Positions 1 through 8,811 of a DNA stretch of 22,599 nt are shown in pieces (positions within the stretch are counted from its first letter, which is position 1; every line of letters starts with the position of its first letter). The notes under the pieces were generated by a model that did no database searches, had not been told where the DNA came from, and worked only from the letters and a program-made list of their open reading frames with translations. The stretch comes from an uncultured virus (IMG/VR IMGVR_UViG_3300010429_001900) (lineage: Duplodnaviria; Heunggongvirae; Uroviricota; Caudoviricetes). The position numbers and the translations under genes were made by a program. The stretch lies in the IMG/VR virus record IMGVR_UViG_3300010429_001900; one strand, given 5' to 3'.

Positions 1-1116
1 GCCGAAGAGTCGGCCACCGCCACCTGGGATGTCGAGACCGCCGCCGGCGAGGCCGCCGCGCGCGAGTTCCGCGCCCGCTGCGTCAAGGTGCGCACCTCGG
101 CGAAGGCCGCGTACGAGCTGGGCAACAAGCCTCTGCTCGATGCGCAGCGCCAGGCGCGCGAGCTGGTCGGCCTCATCAACGCCGCGGTCGATCCGGTCGA
201 GTCGCTGTGGGACGGGCGCATCAAGGCCAAGGAGGAGCGCAAGGCTCGCGAGAAGGCCGAGCGCGAGCAGGCCGAGCGCGAGCGCGTGGCGGCGATCCGC
301 CGCGCGATCGACGCCATCTCGGCCGCGCCGGCGGCGGCCATCGGCTGCACCACTGCGGCGCAGGTCGACGCCATGCTGGCCAGCCTGGAGCAGACGCCGA
401 TCACCGAGGGTGAGTTCGGGGAGTTCCTGCCCGAGGCCGAGGCGGCCCGGCTGCGCTCGTACGACGCCATGCTGGCGATGCGGCGAGCCGCCGAGGCGCG
501 TGAAGCCGCGGCCGCAGCAGCCGAGGCTGAGGCTGCGCGCCTTCGGGCCGAGCGCGAAGAGCTGGAGCGCCAGCAGGCCGAGCTGGCGGCCCAGCACGAG
601 GCGATGCGCGCAGAGCAGGTGCGCCAGCAGCAGATCGCTGAAGCGCAACGCCTGGCCGCCGAGCGCGCGCAGGCCGAGCGCATCGCCGCCGAGCGCGCCG
701 AGCAGGCCCGTCTGGACGCCGAGGCCCGCGCCCGCCGCGAGGCCGAGGCTGCCGAGCTGAAGAGGCAGCAGGACGCCTTCGAGGAGGAGCGCCGCATCGC
801 CCGCGAGCAGATCGCCGCCGAGCAGCGCAAGCAGCGCGAGATCGAGGCGGCGCGCAAGGCCGAGGGCGAGCGCATCCTGGCCGAGCGCGCGGCCGCGGAG
901 AAGGCCGAGGCCGAGCGGCTGGAGGCCGAGCGCCAGGCGGCCGAGGCCATCGCCAAGGCGCAGGCGCCGGCAGCCCAGCGCCCCGACGACGAGGAGATCC
1001 TGCACGCACTGTGCGCAGCCTTCGGCGTGCCGGCGCAGACCGCGCTCGAGTGGGTCGCCGGCTTCGACGTGGTCAAGCAGCACGCCCGCATCGTCAGCGC
1101 CCAGGAGGCCGCATGA
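1..1116 (+). CDS. Phage coiled-coil protein (DUF1351-like, typical neighbour of RecT/Exo); 5' end lies outside the window
   Basis: Frame is open from base 1 (AEESATATWDVETAAG...). Long E/A/R-rich heptad region. Stop overlaps the next start (ATGA at 1113-1116). Confidence 0.7.
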   Translation, partial: AEESATATWDVETAAGEAAAREFRARCVKVRTSAKAAYELGNKPLLDAQRQARELVGLINAAVDPVESLWDGRIKAKEERKAREKAEREQAERERVAAIRRAIDAISAAPAAAIGCTTAAQVDAMLASLEQTPITEGEFGEFLPEAEAARLRSYDAMLAMRRAAEAREAAAAAAEAEAARLRAEREELERQQAELAAQHEAMRAEQVRQQQIAEAQRLAAERAQAERIAAERAEQARLDAEARARREAEAAELKRQQDAFEEERRIAREQIAAEQRKQREIEAARKAEGERILAERAAAEKAEAERLEAERQAAEAIAKAQAPAAQRPDDEEILHALCAAFGVPAQTALEWVAGFDVVKQHARIVSAQEAA

Positions 1117-1733
1117 GCGTGGCGGCAAAGCTCGGTCCGATTCGTCGCGCCGGGGGCTTCATCGGGCGCATACCCGGCGATGCCAGCTACACCTACCTGC
1201 ACCGCAAGGCCGACAGCGGCGAGCCGTTCTATGTCGGGAAGGGGCGCGGAGATCGGGCGTGGCTGCGCGCCAGGCGGTCGGCGCACTGGCAAAGCATCGT
1301 CGCCAAGCACGGCCTCGTCGTCGAGATCGTCACCATGTTCGATAGCGACGCCGACGCCATGCTGCATGAGCGCGCACTGATCTCCGCCGCGCACGCGGCC
1401 GGAGTCCGGCTCGCCAACCACACCAGCGGCGGCGAAGGCGCGCCAGGCATGCGACACACGGACGCCACCAAGGCTCGCATATCGGCCATGAAGAAGGGGC
1501 TGCCCGCGCACCCGGCGACGGCGGCGGCGCTGCTGGCTGCCGCCCGGCAGCCGAAAAGCGCAGAGCACCGCGCCAAGATCAAGGCCGCCAACCTGGGCAA
1601 GAAGAGATCCCAGGCTCAGATCGACGCGTACCTGCCGGCGCTTCGAGCGGCCATGGCGGACCCGGCGGTGCGCGCCAAGATTTCAGCGGCCGCAGCAGGC
1701 CGCAAGCGCGCAACCAACGGAGAGTCAAAATGA
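1113..1733 (+). CDS. GIY-YIG homing endonuclease with NUMOD3-type repeats
   Basis: YTYLH...FYVGKG...R, E..LI, LANHTSGGEG, then HTDATKARIS / SAEHRAKI repeats. ATG at 1113 after GGAGG, coupled to the upstream stop. Confidence 0.85.
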   Translation: MSVAAKLGPIRRAGGFIGRIPGDASYTYLHRKADSGEPFYVGKGRGDRAWLRARRSAHWQSIVAKHGLVVEIVTMFDSDADAMLHERALISAAHAAGVRLANHTSGGEGAPGMRHTDATKARISAMKKGLPAHPATAAALLAAARQPKSAEHRAKIKAANLGKKRSQAQIDAYLPALRAAMADPAVRAKISAAAAGRKRATNGESK

Positions 1734-2665
1734 GCAACGCACTGACCATCATCGCCGGGGACATCGACGGAGCGCGCGACGCCTTCAACGCGGCGCTCGT
1801 CGACAGGTCCATCCGATTCGAGGCCGAGGCCGGCTTCGCGCTGCAGGCCCTGCAGGCCAGCGAGTACACACTGAAGGTGGCGCTCGACAACCGGCAATCG
1901 GTCGTCGACGCCGTCACCAATGTCGCCGCCATCGGGCTGTCGCTGAATCCGGCAAAGAAGCAGGCCTACCTGCTGCCGCGCAAGTCGGGCGGCGCGACCA
2001 AGATCGTGCTGGCGATCAGCTATCCCGGCCTGATCGAGCTGGCCACGGCGTCCGGCTCGATCCGCTGGGCCCAGGCGGCCGTAGTGCGCGAAAAGGACGC
2101 CTTCGCCTACAACGGCATGGGCAAGGAGCCGACGCACAGCTTCAACGCATTCGCTAAGGATCGCGGCGCGATCGTCGGCGTGTACTGCGTCGCCAAGACC
2201 GTGGACGGCGACCACCTCACCGAGATGATGTCGACCGACGAAGTCAACGCCATCCGCGACCGCAGCGAGGCGTGGAAGTCGTTCAAGGCCGGCAAGGCGA
2301 AGTCGTGCCCGTGGGAGACCGACTGGTCGGAGATGGCCAAGAAGACGATCGTGATCCGCGCCAGCAAGTACTGGCCGAAGACCGATCGCCTGGACCAGGC
2401 GACGCACTACCTCAACACCGAGGGCGGCGAGGGCCTGGCCGAGCTGGCGCCAGGCGTGCGCGCGCCGAAGGTCTCGGGCTTCGACCCGCAGGCGTGGATC
2501 ACCAAGGCCACGGCGACCAAGACCGAGCCGGAGCTGACCAAGGTCTACGGCGAGGCCATGGCCGCTGCCGCCGCCGCGCAGGACCGCGAGGGCGCGGCCA
2601 AGTTCAAGGAAGTCGCGCTGGCGCACCGCGCCAAGCTGCGCGAAGCCAACACCGTCGACGCCTAA
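1730..2665 (+). CDS. recT: RecT-family single-strand annealing protein
   Basis: IGLSLNPAKKQAYLLPR, ISYPGLIELA and PWETDWSEMAKKTIVIRASKYWP motifs; near a YqaJ exonuclease. Confidence 0.92.
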   Translation: MSNALTIIAGDIDGARDAFNAALVDRSIRFEAEAGFALQALQASEYTLKVALDNRQSVVDAVTNVAAIGLSLNPAKKQAYLLPRKSGGATKIVLAISYPGLIELATASGSIRWAQAAVVREKDAFAYNGMGKEPTHSFNAFAKDRGAIVGVYCVAKTVDGDHLTEMMSTDEVNAIRDRSEAWKSFKAGKAKSCPWETDWSEMAKKTIVIRASKYWPKTDRLDQATHYLNTEGGEGLAELAPGVRAPKVSGFDPQAWITKATATKTEPELTKVYGEAMAAAAAAQDREGAAKFKEVALAHRAKLREANTVDA

Positions 2666-2667
2666 AC

Positions 2668-3297
2668 ATGCGCGGCATCGACATGACCGGCCTCAGATAC
2701 GGAAGCCTCGTCGGCGTCTGCGTCGAAGGGCGCAGCCTGCGCAACGGCAACCTGATGTGGCGGTTCAAGTGCGACTGCGGGCAAGATCATGTAGCCGACG
2801 GCCACGCCGTGCGCTCCGGCAATACGTCCAGCTGCAGCGGGTGCGGCAGGGGCAGGTCTGCGGCGGCCGCAACGCGCCACGGCATGAGTCGATCCCCTGA
2901 GTGGATGGCCTGGAGAAACATGAAGTCGCGCTGCTACTACTCCGGCAACACCGAGTACCACAACTATGGCGGTCGCGGCATTCAGGTGTGCGCCGAGTGG
3001 GTCGACTCGTTCGCCGCGTTCGTGGCGAGCGTAGGCCTACGGCCGTCCGCGGACCACTCCCTGGAGCGCGACGACGTGAACGGCAACTATGAGCCCGGGA
3101 ACTGTCGATGGGCAACGCCTGTTGAGCAGGCCAACAACAGGCGCTCGTCAAGGCGGGTCACGTTTGGCGGCGTGACCGACACGCTGGCTGGGTGGTCACG
3201 ACGTACAGGCCTTCGTTTCCACGTTCTGCAGCAACGAATAGTCAGGCTCAACTGGCCCGTAGAGCGGGCCTTAACAGAAGGGGTAAGGGGATCATGA
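2668..3297 (+). CDS. HNH-type phage homing endonuclease
   Basis: WRFKCDCG...SCSGC...HGMS...WRNMKSRC...YGGRGIQVC...SLERDDVNGNYEPGNCRWAT..EQANN. Start taken as ATG 2668, just after the recT stop. Confidence 0.85.
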   Translation: MRGIDMTGLRYGSLVGVCVEGRSLRNGNLMWRFKCDCGQDHVADGHAVRSGNTSSCSGCGRGRSAAAATRHGMSRSPEWMAWRNMKSRCYYSGNTEYHNYGGRGIQVCAEWVDSFAAFVASVGLRPSADHSLERDDVNGNYEPGNCRWATPVEQANNRRSSRRVTFGGVTDTLAGWSRRTGLRFHVLQQRIVRLNWPVERALTEGVRGS

Positions 3298-4109
3298 TTC
3301 AGTGCACCGCACAACAAGGGAGTGACGAGTGGCTGGCCGACAGGGCTGGCTGCACAACCGCCAGCGTGGCGGCAGATGCGCTCAGCATCGTCGGCGGCCT
3401 GACCGAGCAGCAGGCAACCTACGTCGCGGCGCTGAAGGCCGGCAAGACCGAGGCCCAAGCCATGGCTGAGGCCAACTACAAGGCCAAGCCCAAGGCGTCC
3501 GGCATCGAGCTGGCGCTGCAGGGCCTGCCGGTAGGCGAGCCGAGTGATGCTGCGCTGGGGCTGGCTGCGCGCCTGGCCATCGAGCGCATCGCCGGCAAGC
3601 CCTACGGAAACAGCGGCGGCGGATTCTACGCCACCGAGCGTGGCCACGAGCAGGAGGCCTATGCGCGCATGCGCTATGAGGCGCGCTTCGGCGTCATCGT
3701 CGACGAGATCGGGCTCTGCAAGACCGACGACGGGCTGTTTGGGGCCAGCTTCGACGGCACGGTCGGGGACGACGGCGCCATCGAGGTTAAGACCCCTCTG
3801 AACCCGCTGAAGGCCATCAGGATTATCCAAACCGGTGACGTCAGCGAGTACATGACGCAGGTGCTGGCGGGCTTCTTCGTGCGCGGGCACCGATGGACCG
3901 ACATACTGATCGCCATCCCCGACCTGGCGCACCTCAACAACGGCAACGAACTGTGGATCAAGCGCGTGCATCGCGACGAGAAGGCCATCGAGGAAGTGGT
4001 CGCCGGCCTGTGGCTGCACGAGGCGCGCGTGCGCAAGTTCGAGGCGCTGCTGCGCGAGCCCTACGGCGCGGCCGCGAACGACGTGATCAAGCTGGCGGAG
4101 GCGGCATGA
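3294..4109 (+). CDS. YqaJ / lambda-exonuclease-family 5'-3' exonuclease
   Basis: QGSDEWLADRAGCTTAS, RGHEQE, GASFDG and IEVKTP (PD-(D/E)xK) motifs; ATGA overlap at 3294-3297. Confidence 0.92.
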   Translation: MIQCTAQQGSDEWLADRAGCTTASVAADALSIVGGLTEQQATYVAALKAGKTEAQAMAEANYKAKPKASGIELALQGLPVGEPSDAALGLAARLAIERIAGKPYGNSGGGFYATERGHEQEAYARMRYEARFGVIVDEIGLCKTDDGLFGASFDGTVGDDGAIEVKTPLNPLKAIRIIQTGDVSEYMTQVLAGFFVRGHRWTDILIAIPDLAHLNNGNELWIKRVHRDEKAIEEVVAGLWLHEARVRKFEALLREPYGAAANDVIKLAEAA

Positions 4110-4333
4110 AGAAGTGGTTCCCATTCATCTCGCTGGCTCTCTTCATCGCGGTGCCGATGGCTGTCGTTCTGTCGCTCATGGCCGGCGTCTCCGCGGTGCT
4201 GTGCCACGCCCGATGGGGCGACAGCGGCATGCCGTCCTCGTGGGGCCCGCTCAAGGGCTGCCATGTCCAGCTGCCGTCGGGCCGATGGGTGCCTGACGAC
4301 CGCGTGCGCGAGACCGACCTCAACCCGAAGTGA
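4106..4333 (+). CDS. Small membrane-anchored hypothetical protein (75 aa)
   Basis: ATGA overlap after a GGAGG RBS; N-terminal hydrophobic helix FISLALFIAVPMAVVLSLMAGV. Confidence 0.65.
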   Translation: MKKWFPFISLALFIAVPMAVVLSLMAGVSAVLCHARWGDSGMPSSWGPLKGCHVQLPSGRWVPDDRVRETDLNPK

Positions 4334-5244
4334 ACAACACCATGCTGAAAAACCTGATCCTGTTTCGCGTCGACCCAAGCCAGATGGGCGACAGCTACGA
4401 GCTGGAGGCCGACCTGCAGGCCAACCCCTTCGTGCCGACCGGGCCGACGCAGCAGCTGGCCTTCGGCTGGGTGCCGCCGCGAGGCGCAGAGCACGGCGAG
4501 ATGCTCGTGCGCAGCGGCCGGCGGCACTGGCTGGTCAAGCTGGCCATCGAGCAGCGCAGCGTGCCCGGCAAGACGGTCGAGAAGCGGGTCGACGAGCTGG
4601 CCAAGCTCATCGAAGAGCAGACCGGCCGCAAGCCCGGAAAGAAGCAGCGCAAGGAGCTGAAGGAGAAGGCGCTAATCGAGCTGCTGCCGCGCGCCTTCCC
4701 GCGCCGCACCGACGTGCTGGCATGGATCGACACGGACAGCGGCATCCTGGCGGTCGACGCCGGCAGCGCAGCCCGCGCCAACCTGGTGGCGGAGGGTCTC
4801 ACGCACTGCGCCAGCCTGAAGACCAGCTACCTGCAGACCGCGACTGCGCCGGCACAGGCGATGGCGAACTGGCTGGTCCACGGCGAGGCTGACGAAGGCT
4901 TCGCGATCGACAACGAGTGCGAGCTGAAGGGCAGCGAGGGCGCCAGCCCTGCCGTGCGCTATCAGAACCACGAGCTGGACCCCGAGGTGATGGCGGCCCA
5001 CATCGGCGAAGGCAAGCTGCCCACGAAGCTGGCCCTGACCTACAACGGCCGCGTGTCCTTCGTGCTCACCGACCAGGCGCAGCTGAAGAAAATCAAGATC
5101 CTCGACGGCGCGCTGGTCGGCTCCGTCCAGGAAGGCGCCGATGCCTTCGACGGCAGCCTGGCGCTGGCCACGGGCGAGCTGTCTCTGCTGATCGGCTCGC
5201 TGGTCGGCGCGCTGGGCGGCCTGGCGACGACGGAGGCCGCATGA
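4330..5244 (+). CDS. rdgC: Recombination-associated protein RdgC (start GTG 4330 or ATG 4342)
   Basis: MLKNLILFR, GWVPPRG, GRKPGKKQRKELKE..LIELLPRAF and KLALTYNGRVSFVLTD motifs. Confidence 0.93.
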   Translation: MNNTMLKNLILFRVDPSQMGDSYELEADLQANPFVPTGPTQQLAFGWVPPRGAEHGEMLVRSGRRHWLVKLAIEQRSVPGKTVEKRVDELAKLIEEQTGRKPGKKQRKELKEKALIELLPRAFPRRTDVLAWIDTDSGILAVDAGSAARANLVAEGLTHCASLKTSYLQTATAPAQAMANWLVHGEADEGFAIDNECELKGSEGASPAVRYQNHELDPEVMAAHIGEGKLPTKLALTYNGRVSFVLTDQAQLKKIKILDGALVGSVQEGADAFDGSLALATGELSLLIGSLVGALGGLATTEAA

Positions 5245-5417
5245 ACGCAAAGAAGGCCAAGCAGATGCGCAGGATGGCGCGCGAAGAGATGGTCGGCGAC
5301 CCGCAGGTCGACTACGTCGCCGGCCCGCGCCGGCGCACCACCATGGTCAACAGCCCGAACAGCGTGCGCGGCATGTACCTGCAGCTGAAGAAGGCCTACA
5401 AGGCGTTGCGCCCATGA
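5241..5417 (+). CDS. Small basic hypothetical protein (58 aa)
   Basis: ATGA overlaps at both ends; MNAKKAKQMRRMAR...RGMYLQLKKAY. Confidence 0.7.
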   Translation: MNAKKAKQMRRMAREEMVGDPQVDYVAGPRRRTTMVNSPNSVRGMYLQLKKAYKALRP

Positions 5418-5845
5418 GTGCGGCACGCACCCCCGCCCTGCGCCGCGGCGACCCGCGCAGCCTGCCGCAGATGATCGTCGACTACCTGGCGGCGCATGGC
5501 GCCACCATGGCGCGCGACCTGGCGCGCGACCTGGGCACCAGCCACGAGCTGATGCGCGTGAGGCTGGCGCGCCTGAAGCACCAGAAGCGCGTGCGCATCG
5601 GCGGCTGGATCCGCACCGAAGAGCGCGGCCGGCTGTACCCGCGCGCGCTCTGGGCCGCCGGCTCCGGCCAGGACGCGAGCAGACCGCCGGCGCTGGAGGA
5701 CAGCGAATACAACGCGCGCCGCCACCGGCGCCTGCACTCGGCTGTGAGCAGCGTGTTCGCGCTGGCCGACCAGGTCGCGCGGCGGACGCAGTGCAACGAC
5801 TGGAGGCTGCTGGGTGCCACCAGGCCGCAAAAAACTTCGCAGTAA
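5414..5845 (+). CDS. Putative winged-HTH DNA-binding protein
   Basis: IVDYLAAHGATMARDLARDLGTSHELMRVRLARLK resembles a wHTH; coupled start. Confidence 0.6.
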   Translation: MSAARTPALRRGDPRSLPQMIVDYLAAHGATMARDLARDLGTSHELMRVRLARLKHQKRVRIGGWIRTEERGRLYPRALWAAGSGQDASRPPALEDSEYNARRHRRLHSAVSSVFALADQVARRTQCNDWRLLGATRPQKTSQ

Positions 5846-5858
5846 CTCTAACTTCCTG

Positions 5859-5887
5859 TTGACAGACCAACGGTTGGTCTGCATAAT
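5859..5887 (+). promoter_or_regulatory. Sigma70-type promoter with a palindromic operator in the spacer, upstream of ssb
   Basis: TTGACA (5859-5864), 17-bp spacer, CATAAT (5882-5887). Perfect inverted repeat CAGACCAAC-G-GTTGGTCTG (5863-5881). Confidence 0.85.
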
Positions 5888-5929
5888 CCACCCCGTCAAC
5901 TACTCGATCACGCAACGGAGCAGTGCCTC

Positions 5930-6412
5930 ATGGCCTCAGTCAACAAAGTCATCGTCCTCGGCAACCTCGGCCGCGACCCCGAAGTGCGCAGCATGCCCAA
6001 CGGCATGTCCGTCGCCAACCTCGCCATCGCCACCTCGCGCAAGTGGAAGGACAAGCAGTCCGGCGACATGAACGAGGAAACCGAATGGCACCGCGTGGTC
6101 TTCTACGACCGCCTGGCCGACATCGCCGGCGAGTACCTGAAGAAGGGCAAGCCGGTCTACGTCGAGGGCCGCCTGAAGACCCGCAAGTGGACCGACAAGG
6201 ACGGCGTCGAGAAGTACACCACCGAGATCGTCGGCGAGTCGATGCAGCTGCTCGGCGGCCGAGACGACGCGGGTGGCGGCCAGGCCGCGGCCCCGTCCCA
6301 GGCGCCGCGCCAGCGCCCCGCAACCGCGCCGGCGCAGGCCCCGGCGCGAAGCAAGGCCGCGGCAGCGCCGGGCGGGGACTGGGACTCGATGGACTCCGAC
6401 ATCCCGTTCTGA
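5930..6412 (+). CDS. ssb: Single-stranded DNA-binding protein
   Basis: [20 protein letters not shown]...TEWHRVVF...[12 protein letters not shown]; acidic C-terminal tail DSDIPF. Confidence 0.97.
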   Translation: MASVNKVIVLGNLGRDPEVRSMPNGMSVANLAIATSRKWKDKQSGDMNEETEWHRVVFYDRLADIAGEYLKKGKPVYVEGRLKTRKWTDKDGVEKYTTEIVGESMQLLGGRDDAGGGQAAAPSQAPRQRPATAPAQAPARSKAAAAPGGDWDSMDSDIPF

Positions 6413-6414
6413 GC

Positions 6415-6801
6415 GTGAGGAACAGAGCCAACCCGGAGAACTGTAGGCGGCTGAACCGCGAGTACCTGGCCACGGAAAAAGGCAAGGCCGCCAGGGCTCG
6501 CGCTACGGCTGCGTATAGGGCGAGGAACAAGGAAAAGCTGGACGCACACAACGCTGTGGCCTATGCGCTGAGGACCGGAAGGCTGCAGCGCTGGCCGTGC
6601 GAGACGTGCGGGGACGCGCAATCGCAAGCGCACCACCCGCACTACAGCTCCCCGCTGCTTGTCACATGGCTCTGCGACGCACACCACAAGGAGGCGCACA
6701 TGGTCGCGAGACCGGCACGCCAGGAAAGAGCAGCGGTTCATACGTCATCGAACCAGCGTGAGCCGAGTCCTTCGATGGGCAGGCAGGCAACAGCGCAATA
6801 A
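6415..6801 (+). CDS. HNH-like zinc-binding phage protein
   Basis: GTG at 6415; CETCG...AHHPHYSSPLLVTWLCDAHHKEAH pattern of small phage HNH-like proteins. Confidence 0.7.
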   Translation: MRNRANPENCRRLNREYLATEKGKAARARATAAYRARNKEKLDAHNAVAYALRTGRLQRWPCETCGDAQSQAHHPHYSSPLLVTWLCDAHHKEAHMVARPARQERAAVHTSSNQREPSPSMGRQATAQ

Positions 6802-6912
6802 CTGGTTGGCGTGACGCCCGGAGAGACGGGATGGCATCTCGGGATAGACGGGACTGCTGATACGCAAGGCAGAACAACAGAACCGCGTGACCACCCCGGG
6901 AGAGCAGCGGGG
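6733..6912 (+). ncRNA. Candidate structured cis-regulatory RNA with repeated purine-loop hairpins
   Basis: Hairpins CCCG-GAGAGA-CGGG (6817-6830), TCTCG-GGATAGA-CGGGA (6837-6853) and CCCCG-GGAGAGCAG-CGGGG (6894-6912). Long-range pairs GCGGTTC/GAACCGC and AACCAG/CTGGTT. Confidence 0.35.
6736..6753. repeat. 18-bp dyad motif, copy 1 (GTTCATACGTCATCGAAC)
   Basis: 17/18 identical to 11276-11293; GTTC-N10-GAAC symmetry. Confidence 0.6.
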
Positions 6913-6942
6913 ACTTTCCACCATCAACACGAGGTGTTCGAC

Positions 6943-7143
6943 ATGATCGCAAGGAAGCCGGTGACGAAGACGGTGCAGAAGAAGCTGCCGAAGGAAGGCG
7001 CGACGGTCGGCTACAGCACGCGCTGGGGCCACGGCAAGGGCAAGATCATCGAGATCTACCGCCGCGTCAACGGCGCCTGGCTGGTGCTGCACGACAAGCA
7101 CCGCAACGTGTCGCTGACGCTGCGCCCGTCGAGCGTGTACTGA
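6943..7143 (+). CDS. Small basic hypothetical protein (66 aa, possibly SH3/KOW-like beta barrel)
   Basis: GAGGTG RBS before ATG 6943; beta-strand-like pattern EGATVGY...GKGKIIEIY...WLVL. Confidence 0.7.
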   Translation: MIARKPVTKTVQKKLPKEGATVGYSTRWGHGKGKIIEIYRRVNGAWLVLHDKHRNVSLTLRPSSVY

Positions 7144-7144
7144 C

Positions 7145-7381
7145 GTGATCGCCACGGACCGCATCGTCGACAGCCCGGCGTTCGCGCTGGACGCGCACTA
7201 CATCCACAGGCCGGATGGCACGACCGTCGCGCTGCTGACGACGCACAAGGGCGCGCAGCGCACCGGCGCGGTCCGATCTTTCTCCGTGACGCTGAGTCCC
7301 GTCGAGCTGCGCGCGCTGCGGGATTCGCTGCACGAGGCGCTCTTGCGCACCACGAAAATCGACACGAAAGGCAACGAGTGA
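7145..7381 (+). CDS. Hypothetical protein (78 aa)
   Basis: Fills the operon gap; GTGA overlap with the next gene. Confidence 0.6.
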   Translation: MIATDRIVDSPAFALDAHYIHRPDGTTVALLTTHKGAQRTGAVRSFSVTLSPVELRALRDSLHEALLRTTKIDTKGNE

Positions 7382-8019
7382 GCAACCTCTCCTTCAATGC
7401 GCTGCGCCAGGCCAACGCCCTGCGCCTGCCGCAGTTCAAGAACAAGCGCGGCGAGTTCGCGCACAGCAAGCCGGACGGCAGCGACTGGACGCCGGCGCAG
7501 TGGTTCCAGGCGCTGATCGGCGAGGTCGGCGAGCTGGCCGAGGCGCGACTGGCTGTCGAAGCCGGCATCGGCGACGAAGCCGAGATCGGCAAGGAAGCCG
7601 CGGACGTCCAGGCCTACCTCGACATCTTCTGCATGCGCGCCCTCGACGAGTCCGGCCCGGACTTCTGGCAGACGAGCCAGCAGAGCCCGCAGCGCGCGCT
7701 GATGCACGTCATCGCGCACATCGGCAACTACGCCAACCTGCGCAAGAAGTTCGAGCGCGGCGACATCGACGAGGTCGAGTTCGAGACCGGAGCGCGTCCA
7801 CACCTGATGGAGGCGGCGATGCGGCTGAGCGGCATCGCGAGCCGGCTCGGCATGGAGTACGCCGACGGGCCCACGGTGCGCATGGCTCACGCGACCGGCA
7901 TCGACCTGGCCAAGGCCACCGAGTCGAAGTTCAACGAGGTGAGCGAGCGCGTCGGGTCGAGCGTGGCGCTGCGCGACGGCGTCGTCGTGAACGACAGCAC
8001 GGCGGAGGTCGCCAAGTGA
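7378..8019 (+). CDS. MazG-like all-alpha nucleotide pyrophosphohydrolase with an internal degenerate duplication
   Basis: ALIGEVGELAE...IGKEAADVQAYLD (ExxE...ExxD); C-terminal GIDLAKATESKFNEVS. Confidence 0.75.
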   Translation: MSNLSFNALRQANALRLPQFKNKRGEFAHSKPDGSDWTPAQWFQALIGEVGELAEARLAVEAGIGDEAEIGKEAADVQAYLDIFCMRALDESGPDFWQTSQQSPQRALMHVIAHIGNYANLRKKFERGDIDEVEFETGARPHLMEAAMRLSGIASRLGMEYADGPTVRMAHATGIDLAKATESKFNEVSERVGSSVALRDGVVVNDSTAEVAK

Positions 8020-8483
8020 CCGAGAAGGCGACCAACCCGAAAGACGCGCTCGGCGCCGCCAAGCTGCCGTTGCACCTGGTGTCTCCGATCGTCAAGGCCT
8101 ACCAGGCCATCGCGCATTACCTGGGCAACGTGAAGTACGGCGCCTGGAACTATCGAGGCGCCGGCATCCGCAACTCGGTGTATTACGCCGCCGCGATGCG
8201 CCACCTCGATGCCTGGTGGGAAGGCCAGGAAGACGACCCGGTCGATGGCACGCCGCACCTTGCCAACGCACTGGCCTGCATCAACATCCTGATCGAGGGC
8301 AAGCACGCCGGCAACGCGACCGACGACCGGCCTCCGAGCCAGCACGCTGCGCTCGACGGGATCCGCGCCAGGTTCGAGCGGCTCATGGTCTCAATCCGTG
8401 AGCGCTACAAGGACAAGGCTCCGTACCACTACACCATCGCCGACACCGAGCTTGCCGGCACGCCTGGGAGCAAGGCGAAATGA
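8016..8483 (+). CDS. dATP/dGTP diphosphohydrolase-domain protein (DUF5664 family)
   Basis: TNPKDALGAAKLPLHLV...GNVKYGAWNYR...AAAMRHLDAWWEGQEDDPVDGTPHLANALAC; GTG 8016 overlaps the upstream stop. Confidence 0.88.
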   Translation: MTEKATNPKDALGAAKLPLHLVSPIVKAYQAIAHYLGNVKYGAWNYRGAGIRNSVYYAAAMRHLDAWWEGQEDDPVDGTPHLANALACINILIEGKHAGNATDDRPPSQHAALDGIRARFERLMVSIRERYKDKAPYHYTIADTELAGTPGSKAK

Positions 8484-8626
8484 TCACCGCCAATATCCTG
8501 GAGCTGCTGGGCGCGTTCTTCCTGGGCGCTTGCGTCATGCTCGCGCTCGTCTGGACCTGCCTCATCGAGTCCGACGACGACGAGGACGACGACAGCGGCG
8601 ACCGGCCGGCGAGGGCATCGACATGA
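8480..8626 (+). CDS. Small single-pass membrane protein with acidic tail (48 aa)
   Basis: Translated by hand: MITANILELLGAFFLGACVMLALVWTCLIESDDDEDDDSGDRPARAST; ATGA overlaps at both ends. Confidence 0.6.
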   Translation: MITANILELLGAFFLGACVMLALVWTCLIESDDDEDDDSGDRPARAST

Positions 8627-8811
8627 ACCGCGCCAGACCGCACGCGGGCCCGTACCGCATCTGCATCGTGGACCCGCTGATTCGCGGGCACATGATTCTG
8701 CGGGGTACGCTGGACGAGATCGCCAAGATCGCGCGCCTGTACAAGGTCGCGTCGCACCGACTGAACCCGCCCGGCTACCCGGGCCACGCGCCCTACGCAT
8801 CGCAGGAGTGA
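8623..8811 (+). CDS. Hypothetical protein (62 aa)
   Basis: ATGA overlap at 8623-8626; GTGA overlap with the next gene. Confidence 0.55.
   Translation: MNRARPHAGPYRICIVDPLIRGHMILRGTLDEIAKIARLYKVASHRLNPPGYPGHAPYASQE

Noticed and set aside
1104..5244. Recurring GGAGGCNGCATGA at gene ends (1104, 4097, 5232) as a recombination repeat
   Set aside because: Explained by a Shine-Dalgarno sequence plus ATGA stop/start overlap.
6736..6753. LexA/SOS box
   Set aside because: GTTC-N10-GAAC matches neither CTGT-N8-ACAG, GAAC-N4-GTTC nor GTTC-N7-GTTC.
8016..8483. Evidence for a 2-aminoadenine (Z) genome
   Set aside because: No PurZ, HD-family dATPase or DNA polymerase in the window; this domain alone is not diagnostic.
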